Below, one piece after another: positions 46,897 through 56,167 of a DNA stretch of 64,000 nt. Location: contig JARVJZ010000001.1 in assembly GCA_029775855.1 (NCBI GenBank), forward strand, positions 224,001 through 288,000. The letters run 5' to 3'. The notes beneath the pieces are model-generated. The model did not search any database, had not been told where the DNA came from, and saw only the letters and a list, made by a program, of their open reading frames with translations. The stretch comes from Nitrososphaeria archaeon. Lineage in GTDB: Archaea > Thermoproteota > Nitrososphaeria > Nitrososphaerales > JAAOZN01. A program made the translations under genes and the position numbers. The stretch's first letter is position 1; each line of letters begins with the position of its first letter.

Positions 46897-47658
46897 GTGT
46901 ATTTAGCTGAGAGTCTGCTACTAGGTTTCATCCAAGGCTTAACCGAGTGGCTACCTATATCGAGCTCAGGACACTTAGCAGTTGTGGAGACCATATTTGG
47001 TGTTGAGGAGCCGCTGCTCTTTAATGTTGCTTTACACACAGCTACATTGATAGTTCTAATTGTATACTTTAGAAGAGATCTTGTTCAGTTGGCTTTAGCC
47101 GCTATTTCACTCGATTTTAGTTCAAAGCAGGGGAAGCTCATACCGAGTCTAGTAGCAGGAACTATACCAACAGCTATAGTAGGTCTGATACTCTATGAGC
47201 ACTACACCACACTATTTAACTTTGAACTTTTAGGGTTTAGCTTCTCTGCATCTGGGATGCTCGTTTTAGCCTCAAAAATTAGAGAAGGATACAATCCTGT
47301 ATCAACTAAAACAGCTTTGTTGATAGGTTTAGCTCAAGCGTTATCAATAGCCCCTGGGTTTTCAAGAAGTGGGTTAACGATAAGTATAGCGCTCTTGGCT
47401 GGTGTTGAGCGTGATGAAGCCTTTAGGTTCTCTTTTCTACTATCTATACCGGCTGTGCTAGGCGCATTAACAATCACTTTAATGAAGAGCGCATTTGACT
47501 CAACTATTCTCCCCCATATTTTATTAGGCGTGGTTTCTGCTGCATTAGTTGGGTATCTATCGCTTGCCACGCTACGAAAGCTGCTGATGAGAGGCTTCTT
47601 TCACTGGCTAGGAATATACACTATAGCCCTAGGGTTGACATTACTTTTCGTCTTCTAG
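46897..47658 (+). CDS. uppP: Undecaprenyl/polyprenyl-diphosphate phosphatase (BacA)
   Basis: QGLTEWLPISSSGH, PGFSRSG, FSFLLSIP. Confidence 0.95.
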   Translation: MYLAESLLLGFIQGLTEWLPISSSGHLAVVETIFGVEEPLLFNVALHTATLIVLIVYFRRDLVQLALAAISLDFSSKQGKLIPSLVAGTIPTAIVGLILYEHYTTLFNFELLGFSFSASGMLVLASKIREGYNPVSTKTALLIGLAQALSIAPGFSRSGLTISIALLAGVERDEAFRFSFLLSIPAVLGALTITLMKSAFDSTILPHILLGVVSAALVGYLSLATLRKLLMRGFFHWLGIYTIALGLTLLFVF

Positions 47659-47970
47659 TTGAACAAAGATTATACCTTCTTCAACTTTAACCGGATACCT
47701 CTTTAAACCTCGTGTATCTGAGTCAACAGGCTTCGCTAACACGCTACCATCTTCGATGTTGAATTCTGCGTAATGGAAGCCGCAGCGTAAGACCTTACCT
47801 GAAAGAGAGCCGAATCTAAGAGGGTAGCCCATATGAGGGCAGCTGGCTTCAAGAGCGTAAAGCTGGTCTTGAGTGTTAATTAAGAGAATCTTGTCCCTCT
47901 CTACCTGAAACTCCTTTATTGAATTAGGTTGAATATCTTTAAACTCAGCGACCTTACACCAACGGCACAT
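47641..47970 (-). CDS. Rieske [2Fe-2S] ferredoxin
   Basis: CPH...CGFH. Confidence 0.92.
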   Translation of the reverse strand: MCRWCKVAEFKDIQPNSIKEFQVERDKILLINTQDQLYALEASCPHMGYPLRFGSLSGKVLRCGFHYAEFNIEDGSVLAKPVDSDTRGLKRYPVKVEEGIIFVQLEDEK

Positions 47971-48002
47971 ACCAAAAAATAGAGAGGAGGGTTTAAAAAG
48001 AT

Positions 48003-48587
48003 CTACTCAATATGCCTGAATCTCTGTGTATATGGGCCTTCTCCAGGCTTTCTTCTTCTGAAGTGGCCTGATGGGCGCCCCTCTAGTATCTCTTGGAACC
48101 AAGCTTCGTGCTCGACTTCCTCGTGTAGTATTGCTAGTGATATGTCATAGGTTCGGTGATCCTTACCGTATGTCATGTTGCATATTTCAGTGTAAACTCT
48201 TACTGCGCATCTTTCTGCTTCAAGTAGAACTTTAAGTATCTCGGTTAGGTCTGAGGGGTCGCTGGGTAGGTAGGCTGCTGCGCACGCTGCATCGTCGTGC
48301 AGTTCCTTTAGATCTCGGTAGAGTTCTCCGCCTAGCTCATATATTCTGGGCACTAATGTCTCAAAGTGTAATCGATCTTCTAACCTAGCATCTTCAACTA
48401 TCTCTTTTATTCCCTCGCCTTCTAAACCTGAGCAGTGCATCCTCAATATTGTGTAATAGTAGTAGGTTGTAAACTCAGCTGCAGCAGCCCTCTTTAACTT
48501 CGTTATAAGAAGGTTTACATCTACACCAGCCTTCTCCACCATCTCTCTACCGACATTATTAGTAGTCTGAAATTTAGATATCTTCAT
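48003..48587 (-). CDS. DPS-like (DPSL) ferritin-family protein
   Basis: [21 protein letters not shown]...ERCA thioferritin Cys pair, EVEHE. Confidence 0.93.
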   Translation of the reverse strand: MKISKFQTTNNVGREMVEKAGVDVNLLITKLKRAAAAEFTTYYYYTILRMHCSGLEGEGIKEIVEDARLEDRLHFETLVPRIYELGGELYRDLKELHDDAACAAAYLPSDPSDLTEILKVLLEAERCAVRVYTEICNMTYGKDHRTYDISLAILHEEVEHEAWFQEILEGRPSGHFRRRKPGEGPYTQRFRHIE

Positions 48588-48643
48588 TTAATTAAATATT
48601 CGATTAAGCTCCTTATATGTCTTTTCGAATTACAAACACGTTA

Positions 48644-49300
48644 TTATGGTTGCTCTATGCTTGCTGACCAAATTTTACTAAACTCTTCTTCATAGAGTGA
48701 AGCCAACTTAGGGTCTCGGAGCACAATAAGGTTCTCACGATTGCTCTCCTCAGCAGCTCTAGACCAGTTGTAGCTTCCAGTAACCAAAACTAACCTATCA
48801 ATTATAGCAACTTTGTTATGCATTAGAGATGAGCGGGCATCCACTCTAACCTCTACACCAGCATCCTTCAACTTAACATATTCACTACCAGAAACATCTA
48901 CCTGCTGGTCGTCAAACACAACCTTCACATCCACACCCCTCTGCTTAGCCGTTATTAACGCAGCCGAGATAGCATCGCTTGTGAAGCTGTAAATCAAGAC
49001 GTGTATACTCTCATTCGCTCTATCTATCCAGGAAATCAGCAAAGAGGCGGCGCCACCTTTAGGTGAGAACCTTACATCCCAAGGTATGGTTGCGTTTACT
49101 GTGGATATTGTGGTTAAGGTTTCTGTTTTGGTTATAGTTGAAGTTATGGTTTCAGCTTTGGTTACTACTAAGGTGACTGGTTGGGTCAAGGTTATAGTAG
49201 AGGTTAAATCACTTACACTCCACACACAACCCACTACCACACCCCCAAGAAAAGCAACAAACAGCACTGAAGCCAGCTTAACCCTCAGCGGAATAGTCAT
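48644..49300 (-). CDS. Membrane-anchored PLD-family (Nuc-like) nuclease
   Basis: Signal/TM segment, Thr-rich linker, FSP, single HNK..IID..GSYN..E; ATG 49300 preferred. Confidence 0.85.
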   Translation of the reverse strand: MTIPLRVKLASVLFVAFLGGVVVGCVWSVSDLTSTITLTQPVTLVVTKAETITSTITKTETLTTISTVNATIPWDVRFSPKGGAASLLISWIDRANESIHVLIYSFTSDAISAALITAKQRGVDVKVVFDDQQVDVSGSEYVKLKDAGVEVRVDARSSLMHNKVAIIDRLVLVTGSYNWSRAAEESNRENLIVLRDPKLASLYEEEFSKIWSASIEQP

Positions 49301-49382
49301 ATAAAACAAGAAAAGCCCTTTTTGAGATTTAAGCTTATCCTGGGAGTGCACCGCTATACAGCAAAGCAAGCTTTAAACCACT

Positions 49383-50456
49383 GTGGGTGAGAGTGGTTTA
49401 TGCTTGGACCTCGAAGAGCGCATCAGCTTGGTGTTAAAAGAGCCGACACAAGAAGTGGTGACCAAAGGTGAACTAAAGCAGCTGCTTCAAACAGTTGAGC
49501 ACCCTAAGCATTACATAGGGCTTGAAATATCGGGTCCACTACACATAGGCAGCCTTGTGGTTGTAGGATATAAGATTAGAGACTTCTTGAAAGCGGGAAT
49601 AAGATGCCTCGTCTTCTTAGCGGATTGGCACAGCTACCTTAACAACAAGTTTAATGGAGACTGGAGTAAAATACGCGCAGCATCCAAATACTACGATGAG
49701 GCATTCAAGTTCTTCTGCCCAGGTGTTAACACGCTACTAGGCTCTGACCTCTACAAGAATACACCAGACTACTGGGAGAATTATGTTCGTTTCAGCAAGC
49801 AGATAACCTTAGCAAGAAATATAAGGTGTCTAACCATCATGGGTAGGAGCAAGAAAGAGAAACTTGACTTCGGGCAGTACCTATACCCACCTATGCAGGC
49901 TGTAGACATTAAAGCAATGGATCTAGATATTGTGCACGCGGGGATGGATCAACGTAAAGTTCACATGCTTGTAAGAGAAGTCTTCCCTAAACTAGGTTGG
50001 AAGAAGCCTGTGGCTGTGCACCACACAATATTATCCAGCTTATCTGGTCCTGAGATGAAGATGAGTAAGTCTAAGCCTTGGACAGCAATATTCATCCACG
50101 ATAATGAAGATGAAATTAAGGAGAAGTTGATGAAGGCTTGGTGTCCGCCTAAAGTTGCTACACAGAACCCAGTGCTCGACATAGTTAGATACATAATATT
50201 CCACGAAGCCGATACCTTTGAGATAGATAGGCCTGCTAAATATGGTGGAAGGATAACCTTCAGCAGCTACAGCGAATTAGAGGAAGCCTATGTTAAAGGT
50301 GAGGTGCATCCAGCAGATCTAAAATTAGCGGTGGCAGAGGCGTTGAACAAAGTAATCGAGCCCATAAGAAGACACTTTGAAGATAAACAAGAACTGCTTG
50401 AAGTGTTTAAAGAGGAAAAGATAGATGATTCCAATAAACAGACCTATACTCGATAA
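49383..50456 (+). CDS. tyrS: Tyrosine-tRNA ligase
   Basis: YIG.E.SG.LHIG, YPPMQAVD, GMDQRK, KMSKS, HPADLK. Confidence 0.96.
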   Translation: MGESGLCLDLEERISLVLKEPTQEVVTKGELKQLLQTVEHPKHYIGLEISGPLHIGSLVVVGYKIRDFLKAGIRCLVFLADWHSYLNNKFNGDWSKIRAASKYYDEAFKFFCPGVNTLLGSDLYKNTPDYWENYVRFSKQITLARNIRCLTIMGRSKKEKLDFGQYLYPPMQAVDIKAMDLDIVHAGMDQRKVHMLVREVFPKLGWKKPVAVHHTILSSLSGPEMKMSKSKPWTAIFIHDNEDEIKEKLMKAWCPPKVATQNPVLDIVRYIIFHEADTFEIDRPAKYGGRITFSSYSELEEAYVKGEVHPADLKLAVAEALNKVIEPIRRHFEDKQELLEVFKEEKIDDSNKQTYTR

Positions 50457-51519
50457 AAAAGAAGAGGAAGCGGTCCTAAATACTCTAAGAAGCGGCGAAC
50501 TAACAAACCCAACATACCAAGGAGGGAAGAATGTAGCGTTTGCTGAAAGAGCCCTAGCTGAGTATCTTGGCGTCAAGCACGTCGTCCTTGTGAACTCAGG
50601 GACTGCGGCGCTACAAGCCGCGCTTTTAGCGCTTGATATAGGCGAAGGGGATGAGGTGCTCTTACCCTCGTTTACCTTTGTAGCTACTGCAAACGCCGTT
50701 CTTTCGGTAAACGCTAAACCTATATTTGTTGACATTCGGTTAGATGACTACTGTATAGATCCAGAGGATTTAGAGCGTAAGATTACCAAAAGATGTAAGG
50801 CTGTTATACCTGTCCACCTTTACGGCTACCCTGCAAACATGCAAAGGATCTTGGAGGTGGCGAGTAAGCACAACCTTTTCATAATAGAGGACGCTGCTCA
50901 GTCTCTTGGCGCGACCTACAGATCTAAACAGACTGGTTCATTTGGAGATTTGGGGTGCTTTAGCTTCTACCCCTCTAAGGTTATAACGTGCGGTGAAGGG
51001 GGCGCAGTAGCAACAAACAGTGATGAGTTGGCTAATAGACTTAGAATGCTTAGAAACCACGGTTTTGATGCAGGAGGATTGGTTAAGAGGATGGGGTTAA
51101 ATCTGAGGCTAAATGAGGTTTCAGCAGCAATCTTGTCTTCACAGCTTAAAAAACTCAACTACTTCCTTGAACAGAGAAGGAAGAATGCTGAAGAGCTGAG
51201 CAGAATGCTTGATGGCTGTGGAGCTGTATTGCCTTCAGAGCTTGAGGGAAGAAGGTCTAACTGGTATCTTTACACGATAAGAGTTATGAGTAGAGATAAA
51301 GTGTTAGAGCGTCTACATAAATCTGAGGTTGGCGCAGCAATATACTATAAGACACCTATACACCTATACCCCCACTATCATAGTCTATTAGGTGATGTAA
51401 AGCTACCAAACACAGAGCAAGCAGCCGCTGAAGTGCTCTCTCTACCCGTACACCCAGCGCTCACAAAAGCTGAGTTGAGGCATATCGCAGCAGCTGTGAA
51501 GTCAGCCCTTTCCAAGTAA
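50425..51519 (+). CDS. DegT/DnrJ/EryC1/StrS aminotransferase
   Basis: NSGTAAL, TFVAT, EDAAQ, SFYPSK..GEGG. Confidence 0.94.
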   Translation: MIPINRPILDKKEEEAVLNTLRSGELTNPTYQGGKNVAFAERALAEYLGVKHVVLVNSGTAALQAALLALDIGEGDEVLLPSFTFVATANAVLSVNAKPIFVDIRLDDYCIDPEDLERKITKRCKAVIPVHLYGYPANMQRILEVASKHNLFIIEDAAQSLGATYRSKQTGSFGDLGCFSFYPSKVITCGEGGAVATNSDELANRLRMLRNHGFDAGGLVKRMGLNLRLNEVSAAILSSQLKKLNYFLEQRRKNAEELSRMLDGCGAVLPSELEGRRSNWYLYTIRVMSRDKVLERLHKSEVGAAIYYKTPIHLYPHYHSLLGDVKLPNTEQAAAEVLSLPVHPALTKAELRHIAAAVKSALSK

Positions 51520-52197
51520 GTCCTTTAGAAGCCTAAGGTAGTTTAAGATCTCCTTCTGTCCAAGCTTACTCTCACCTCTTAGCCTACGCCTAAAGATCAT
51601 AGGCACCTCTTTGACAACAGTTAACTTTGCTTTCGCTAAGATCGAGAGGAGGATCTTATATCCCATATTAGAATCCAGATGCAATCCTTCAAGAACACTT
51701 CGCTTCAAAGCAAAGTATCCAGACATAGGATCCTTAACAACTCTTGACCTGGGGATTAGAAGATGCGCTAAAATTGTAGCACACCTTGAGATAAAATATC
51801 TGAAGATGGACCATCCAACAACTCCTCCGCCACGCACATACCTACTCGCTACTACAAGGTCAGCACCAGAGTCAAGAAGGTTAACCATAGACGGAAGGAG
51901 ATTGGGTGGATGTTGAAGGTCTGCATCCATAACCGCCACATAAGGTGCTGAAGCCTTCTGAAGCCCGTCTAAGACTGCTGAGGCAAGCCCTAACTTTTTG
52001 GGTCTGTGAACGACTTTAATCAAGGGATCTGTTGATGCTAATCTCTCTGCAAGTTCACCTGTGCCGTCTGGGCTGTTATCATCCACAACTACACATTCAA
52101 CCTCTATGGGTAGTTGTCTGATTTGCTTAATTATCACGGGTAGGTTGGCACGCTCGTTATATGTTGGTAGTATCACAGAGATCCTTGCCTTAACCAA
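51502..52197 (-). CDS. Polyprenol-phosphate mannosyltransferase (GT2, Dpm1-like)
   Basis: PTYNE, DDNSPDGT, MDADLQH, DPMSGY, GESK. Confidence 0.93.
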   Translation of the reverse strand: MVKARISVILPTYNERANLPVIIKQIRQLPIEVECVVVDDNSPDGTGELAERLASTDPLIKVVHRPKKLGLASAVLDGLQKASAPYVAVMDADLQHPPNLLPSMVNLLDSGADLVVASRYVRGGGVVGWSIFRYFISRCATILAHLLIPRSRVVKDPMSGYFALKRSVLEGLHLDSNMGYKILLSILAKAKLTVVKEVPMIFRRRLRGESKLGQKEILNYLRLLKDLLGKG

Positions 52198-52287
52198 GAT
52201 GATGATAAGAGAAGCAAAGCGGCATATAAGGATTCAACCGTTTAGAGCAAAACATTCATATATTGTTAATCTAACCGACTATAATCT

Positions 52288-52458
52288 ATGGGGCAGAGTG
52301 AAACTAAATTCGGCGGAGTCGTATATGAATGTGTCCGATGTGGAACCAAGGTGACTGCAGAAGAGCTAGCTACGCTACCCGAAATTAAATGCATATGTGG
52401 CTATAGGGTGCTTAGAAAGGCTAGACCACCTGTCGTTAAGCAGCTTAAAGCGCTTTAG
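52288..52458 (+). CDS. rpoP: RNA polymerase subunit P (Rpo12); below the ORF-track cutoff
   Basis: MGQSETKFGGVVYECVRCG...IKCICGYRVLRKARPPVVKQLKAL*. Confidence 0.92.
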   Translation: MGQSETKFGGVVYECVRCGTKVTAEELATLPEIKCICGYRVLRKARPPVVKQLKAL

Positions 52459-52550
52459 TTTCTTCCGTTTCAACATTTGACGAATAAATACCTAAACACT
52501 TGCCATTAAACAATAGTTTAATACCCTTTAAGGGCTGGGTCAACTTCGGA

Positions 52551-53588
52551 TTGAAGACACCAAAGAATGCTGCAATAGCCGGATATGGGGTTTACATACC
52601 ACGATATAGGCTTCCAAGTGTAGAGGTTGCTAGAATTTGGAGAGGCGGAGAAGAAGCACCTTTAATAAAGAAGGCGGTAGCCTCATTAGATGAAGACATA
52701 ACGACGATGGCTGTAGAAGCTGCCAGAAGAGCGATAAAGATGGCAGAGACCAAAGAGCTAGGGGCAATCTTTGTAGGCACAGAAACTAAACCCTATGCAG
52801 TCAAACCAACAAGCACCATAGTAGCCCAAGCACTAAATCAGCATAAGGTTCTCGCCTCAGACCTTGAATTCGCCTGCAAGGCTGGTACAGAAGCCCTCCA
52901 GCTTATCTTAGCGCTTATAGGCTCTGGGATGATAGAGAGCGGGCTTGCTATAGGTGTTGACACCGCCCAAGGCAGACCCGGCGACGACTTGGAGTTCACA
53001 GCAGCGAGCGCTGCAGCCGCGTACATCCTATCTAAGAGGGATGTTGGTTCAATAGCGGTTGTAGAAGGAGCCTCATCATATGTTTCTGATACCACAGACT
53101 TCTGGAGGCGGGCTGGGCAGCAGTATCCGAGGCACCTTTCGAGGTTCACTGGTGAGCCTGCATATTTCTACCATATTCAGCACGCTGTAAAGAACTTGTT
53201 TGATGAGTTCGGCTATAAGCCCTCTGACTTTAAGTACGCTGTGTTTCATCAACCTAACCCGAGGTTTCCAGTTGAGGTGGCTTTGAGGCTTGGATTTAAC
53301 TTAGAGCAGATCAAGCCTAGTCTACTTAATCCATATATTGGTAATCCCTACGCTGCTAACTCGCTCCTTGGGCTAGCGGTGGTCTTGGATGAAGCTTCGC
53401 CGAACGATTTGATCTTGGTCTGCTCTTTTGGCTCAGGTGCTGGAAGCGATGCGTTGAGCATCAGAGTTTTAGATGGTGTTGAAGAGAAGCGTAGGAAAGC
53501 GCAGAATAAGGTTAGGGATATGATTGAGGCTTCGGTTGAAATAGACTACGCCACATACGCTAAGCTGAGGGGGAAGATCGTAGCGTAA
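52551..53588 (+). CDS. Hydroxymethylglutaryl-CoA synthase
   Basis: DED, YAVKP, EFACKAG, DFWRR, FHQPN, GSGAGSD; TTG 52551 preferred. Confidence 0.95.
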   Translation: MKTPKNAAIAGYGVYIPRYRLPSVEVARIWRGGEEAPLIKKAVASLDEDITTMAVEAARRAIKMAETKELGAIFVGTETKPYAVKPTSTIVAQALNQHKVLASDLEFACKAGTEALQLILALIGSGMIESGLAIGVDTAQGRPGDDLEFTAASAAAAYILSKRDVGSIAVVEGASSYVSDTTDFWRRAGQQYPRHLSRFTGEPAYFYHIQHAVKNLFDEFGYKPSDFKYAVFHQPNPRFPVEVALRLGFNLEQIKPSLLNPYIGNPYAANSLLGLAVVLDEASPNDLILVCSFGSGAGSDALSIRVLDGVEEKRRKAQNKVRDMIEASVEIDYATYAKLRGKIVA

Positions 53589-53611
53589 AGATAAGTGAGT
53601 TGAAGGCGTAA

Positions 53612-54763
53612 ATGGCTAAGGTTATAGTTGCTTCAGTAGGATACACAAGAGTAGGTGACCACTGGGATAAATCAATCTTAGACCTAGCTGTTGAAGCGTC
53701 GAAAAAGGCGCTTAAACCATACCCTAACATAAGACCAGAGGTAATAATAGTAGGAAACATGTTTTCAAGCCAATCCTCAAGACAAGAGCACTTAGGAGCA
53801 CTGTTAGCTAGCGCATTAAACCTAACAAGGACACCAGCTTTCAAAGTCGAAGCGGCATGCGCTTCAGGCGGCGTAGCATTCAACATAGCCTACAACAAAA
53901 TACGCTCAGGCGAAGTCTCATCAGCCTTAGTCGTTGGTGTTGAAAAGATGCGCGACCTAGACACACCAGAGGCATCCTTAGCGCTCAGCATGGCTGAATC
54001 AGCAGAATATACTCAATTTATTGGTGCATCATTTCTATCGTTAAATGCTATGTTAGCCAGACTCTACAGTGAAACATATAATGTGTCAAGAGACGAATTA
54101 TCAGCCTTCCCAGTCATAGCGCACAGCAATGCTGCTACAGCTGAGCACGCACAGTTCAGAAAGGCGATAAGTGTAGAAGATGTTTCTAGGTCACCTCTTG
54201 TTTCAGACCCTCTTAGACTATTAGATTGCGCTCCAGTTGGCGATGGAGCTGCGGCTGTGCTTCTAGCCTCTGATGCTTTTGACGAAGATGATGGGGCGAG
54301 AGTTGATGTGCTCTCTTCTAAGATCTCTACAAACATCTTCAGCGTCTATGAAAGGGACGATATGCTCAAGTTCGATGCAACAAGAGATGCTGCAAGTAAA
54401 GCGTTTTCTGAAGCTGGTATAAGTGTAGAGGATGTGGATGTGCTTGAAGTACACGATGCATTTTCAGTTACAGCAGCTTTGAGCGTTGAGGCTATGGGTT
54501 TCTCTAGAGAAGGCGAGGGTGCTAAAGATGCTGCAAAAGGGATCTATGCTTTAAGAGGAAGATACCCCGCTCTAACCTTCGGCGGGCTTAAGGGAAGAGG
54601 ACATCCTGTTGGTGCAACTGGAATCTACCAGATCATTGAGCTGTGGCTTCAGCTAAAAGGAAGGGGTAATGCAAACCAAGTAAAAGGGTGCAGAATAGGT
54701 GTAGCGCAAAACATAGGTGGAGTAGATACAACAAGCGTTGTAAGCGTTTTGGCGAGGCGATGA
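53612..54763 (+). CDS. Acetoacetyl-CoA thiolase (archaeal type)
   Basis: EAACASG, GVEKM, EVHDAF, GHPVGATG, NIGG. Confidence 0.94.
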   Translation: MAKVIVASVGYTRVGDHWDKSILDLAVEASKKALKPYPNIRPEVIIVGNMFSSQSSRQEHLGALLASALNLTRTPAFKVEAACASGGVAFNIAYNKIRSGEVSSALVVGVEKMRDLDTPEASLALSMAESAEYTQFIGASFLSLNAMLARLYSETYNVSRDELSAFPVIAHSNAATAEHAQFRKAISVEDVSRSPLVSDPLRLLDCAPVGDGAAAVLLASDAFDEDDGARVDVLSSKISTNIFSVYERDDMLKFDATRDAASKAFSEAGISVEDVDVLEVHDAFSVTAALSVEAMGFSREGEGAKDAAKGIYALRGRYPALTFGGLKGRGHPVGATGIYQIIELWLQLKGRGNANQVKGCRIGVAQNIGGVDTTSVVSVLARR

Positions 54764-54766
54764 TAA

Positions 54767-55156
54767 TTGGCTATATCTTACTGGCGGCGGCGTGACAGAT
54801 ACTATAGGCTTTTAGGCAATAAATGCACCAGATGCAACGCAGAATATTACCCACCAGTCTACATATGTAGGAGATGCGGCTCTGAATCTCTTATAGATGC
54901 GGAAATGCCGGGCACAGGTAAAATATTAACCTACACTATTCTGCGTGAAGTCATGTCTGGCTTTGAAGGACAACAGCCTATAATAATAGGCATAGTTCAG
55001 TTAGATAACGGAGTGAAGGTCTTAGGGCAGATAGTCGACACACCAATCGATGCCCTCAAAATAGGGTGCAAGGTAAGAACGGTCTTCCGTAAAATAAGAG
55101 AGGAAAGCAGCGCCGGACAGATCTATTACGGATACAAATTTACAGTCCTCTGCTGA
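54767..55156 (+). CDS. DUF35 Zn-ribbon/OB-fold scaffold of the thiolase-HMGCS complex
   Basis: C..C...YPP...C..C, G.I.YGYKF; follows HMGCS and thiolase. Confidence 0.93.
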   Translation: MAISYWRRRDRYYRLLGNKCTRCNAEYYPPVYICRRCGSESLIDAEMPGTGKILTYTILREVMSGFEGQQPIIIGIVQLDNGVKVLGQIVDTPIDALKIGCKVRTVFRKIREESSAGQIYYGYKFTVLC

Positions 55157-55233
55157 AAAACGACATTAAACCATATGACATCAGAACTGTACTTTCAGTT
55201 GAACAAACTAATCTAAAAATATATTGCATACCC

Positions 55234-55314
55234 TTAGAAATGCCAGAAGTGCTGGGGGAGAAAAATAGAAGAACCGGGTCCTCCTTCTCTCCCAGCACAT
55301 TATTCTACTTCTAA
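55234..55314 (-). ncRNA. Structured element with a BHB-like motif downstream of the TRAM gene
   Basis: TTAGAAGT/ATTTCTAA, AGAA/TTCT, bulges TAAT and GGC, inner stem GTGCTGGG/CCCAGCAC. Confidence 0.45.
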
Positions 55315-55391
55315 ATCATAATAAATAGGGGTAGGCTTGGCTTAACCAAGCCCTATCAAAAGAAGAGATGTGATGATTTGGGGCGTCTTAC

Positions 55392-55658
55392 TTATTCATT
55401 ACCCTTTTCAGACACGCCTTCAACTATCTGAGCCTTCGCGAATCTGTTCGCTACCTCAATAACCTTTATCCGCACCTTTTGACCAGTTTTAGTCCCTGGT
55501 ACGAATATTATGAAGCCTTCGATCTTTGCTATGCCGTCGCCGCGTCTGCTTATGTCTGATATGTTCACATCGTATTCTTCTCCTACAGTGACAGGCTTAG
55601 GGCCTGCTGGTGTTCGGCTGCCGTAGCTTCTGTAGCCGTGTCCTTTTTTATAGCTCGT
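55392..55658 (-). CDS. Single-TRAM-domain RNA-binding protein with apparent ACG start; absent from the ORF track
   Basis: PKPVTVGEEYDVNI...RRGDGIAKIEGFIIFVPG...GQKVRIKV..V.NRFA; in-frame TGA 14 codons upstream with no ATG/GTG/TTG in between; AGGAGG 10 nt before ACG. Confidence 0.9.
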   Translation of the reverse strand, partial: TSYKKGHGYRSYGSRTPAGPKPVTVGEEYDVNISDISRRGDGIAKIEGFIIFVPGTKTGQKVRIKVIEVANRFAKAQIVEGVSEKGNE

Positions 55659-55792
55659 ATCCTTTTTCCCTCCTAGCGTTGCTAAACGCTGCTCTCCTCA
55701 CAGATGCCCACTATTTAACAGTATGGGTTACTTGCTAACATTTATTTGAATGGTAGACAAAATTATATAGGTTTGATTAGGAGTGTTAGGTA

Positions 55793-56167
55793 ATGAATCT
55801 ATGCGAGGAAATATTAAATCTGGATAGAGGAATAAGGTTCGTAGCAATTTTAAGTAAGGCTGGCAAGGTTCTCGACTCAAAAGTTAGGTCCGATGTAAAG
55901 GGGCAGGAGCTTATGCCTCTAAATGTCCTCGAGGCTGTTGGTGCAACGATGTCGCGAACAGTTTGGAGTGTAGCTAAATCTTTCAGCAAATACTTCGGAG
56001 AGAATCTTCGAGTAGTGTTTCACCACGAGAAGCTAGACTTTGTTGTAATGGAGATCAAAGGAAACATAATTGCTTTCACCACAGACAAGGATGTTGCCAC
56101 AGATAGCATAGCTAGGAGAATTAGAGAACTCTACAAGAAGAATTCAGAATTACTGCAGAAGGGCTAA
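55793..56167 (+). CDS. Roadblock/profilin-like small protein
   Basis: ILNLDRGIRFVAIL...GKV...R pattern typical of Nitrososphaerota roadblock-like proteins. Confidence 0.6.
   Translation: MNLCEEILNLDRGIRFVAILSKAGKVLDSKVRSDVKGQELMPLNVLEAVGATMSRTVWSVAKSFSKYFGENLRVVFHHEKLDFVVMEIKGNIIAFTTDKDVATDSIARRIRELYKKNSELLQKG

Noticed and set aside
52551-55156. HMGCS-thiolase-DUF35 as a novel or phlABC-like system
   Set aside because: This is the established archaeal mevalonate-entry complex with the catalytic Cys residues intact.
55370-55431. Plus-strand GTGATGA...CTGA as a C/D sRNA
   Set aside because: No credible D'/C' pair or recognisable guide, and it lies antisense to TRAM coding sequence.
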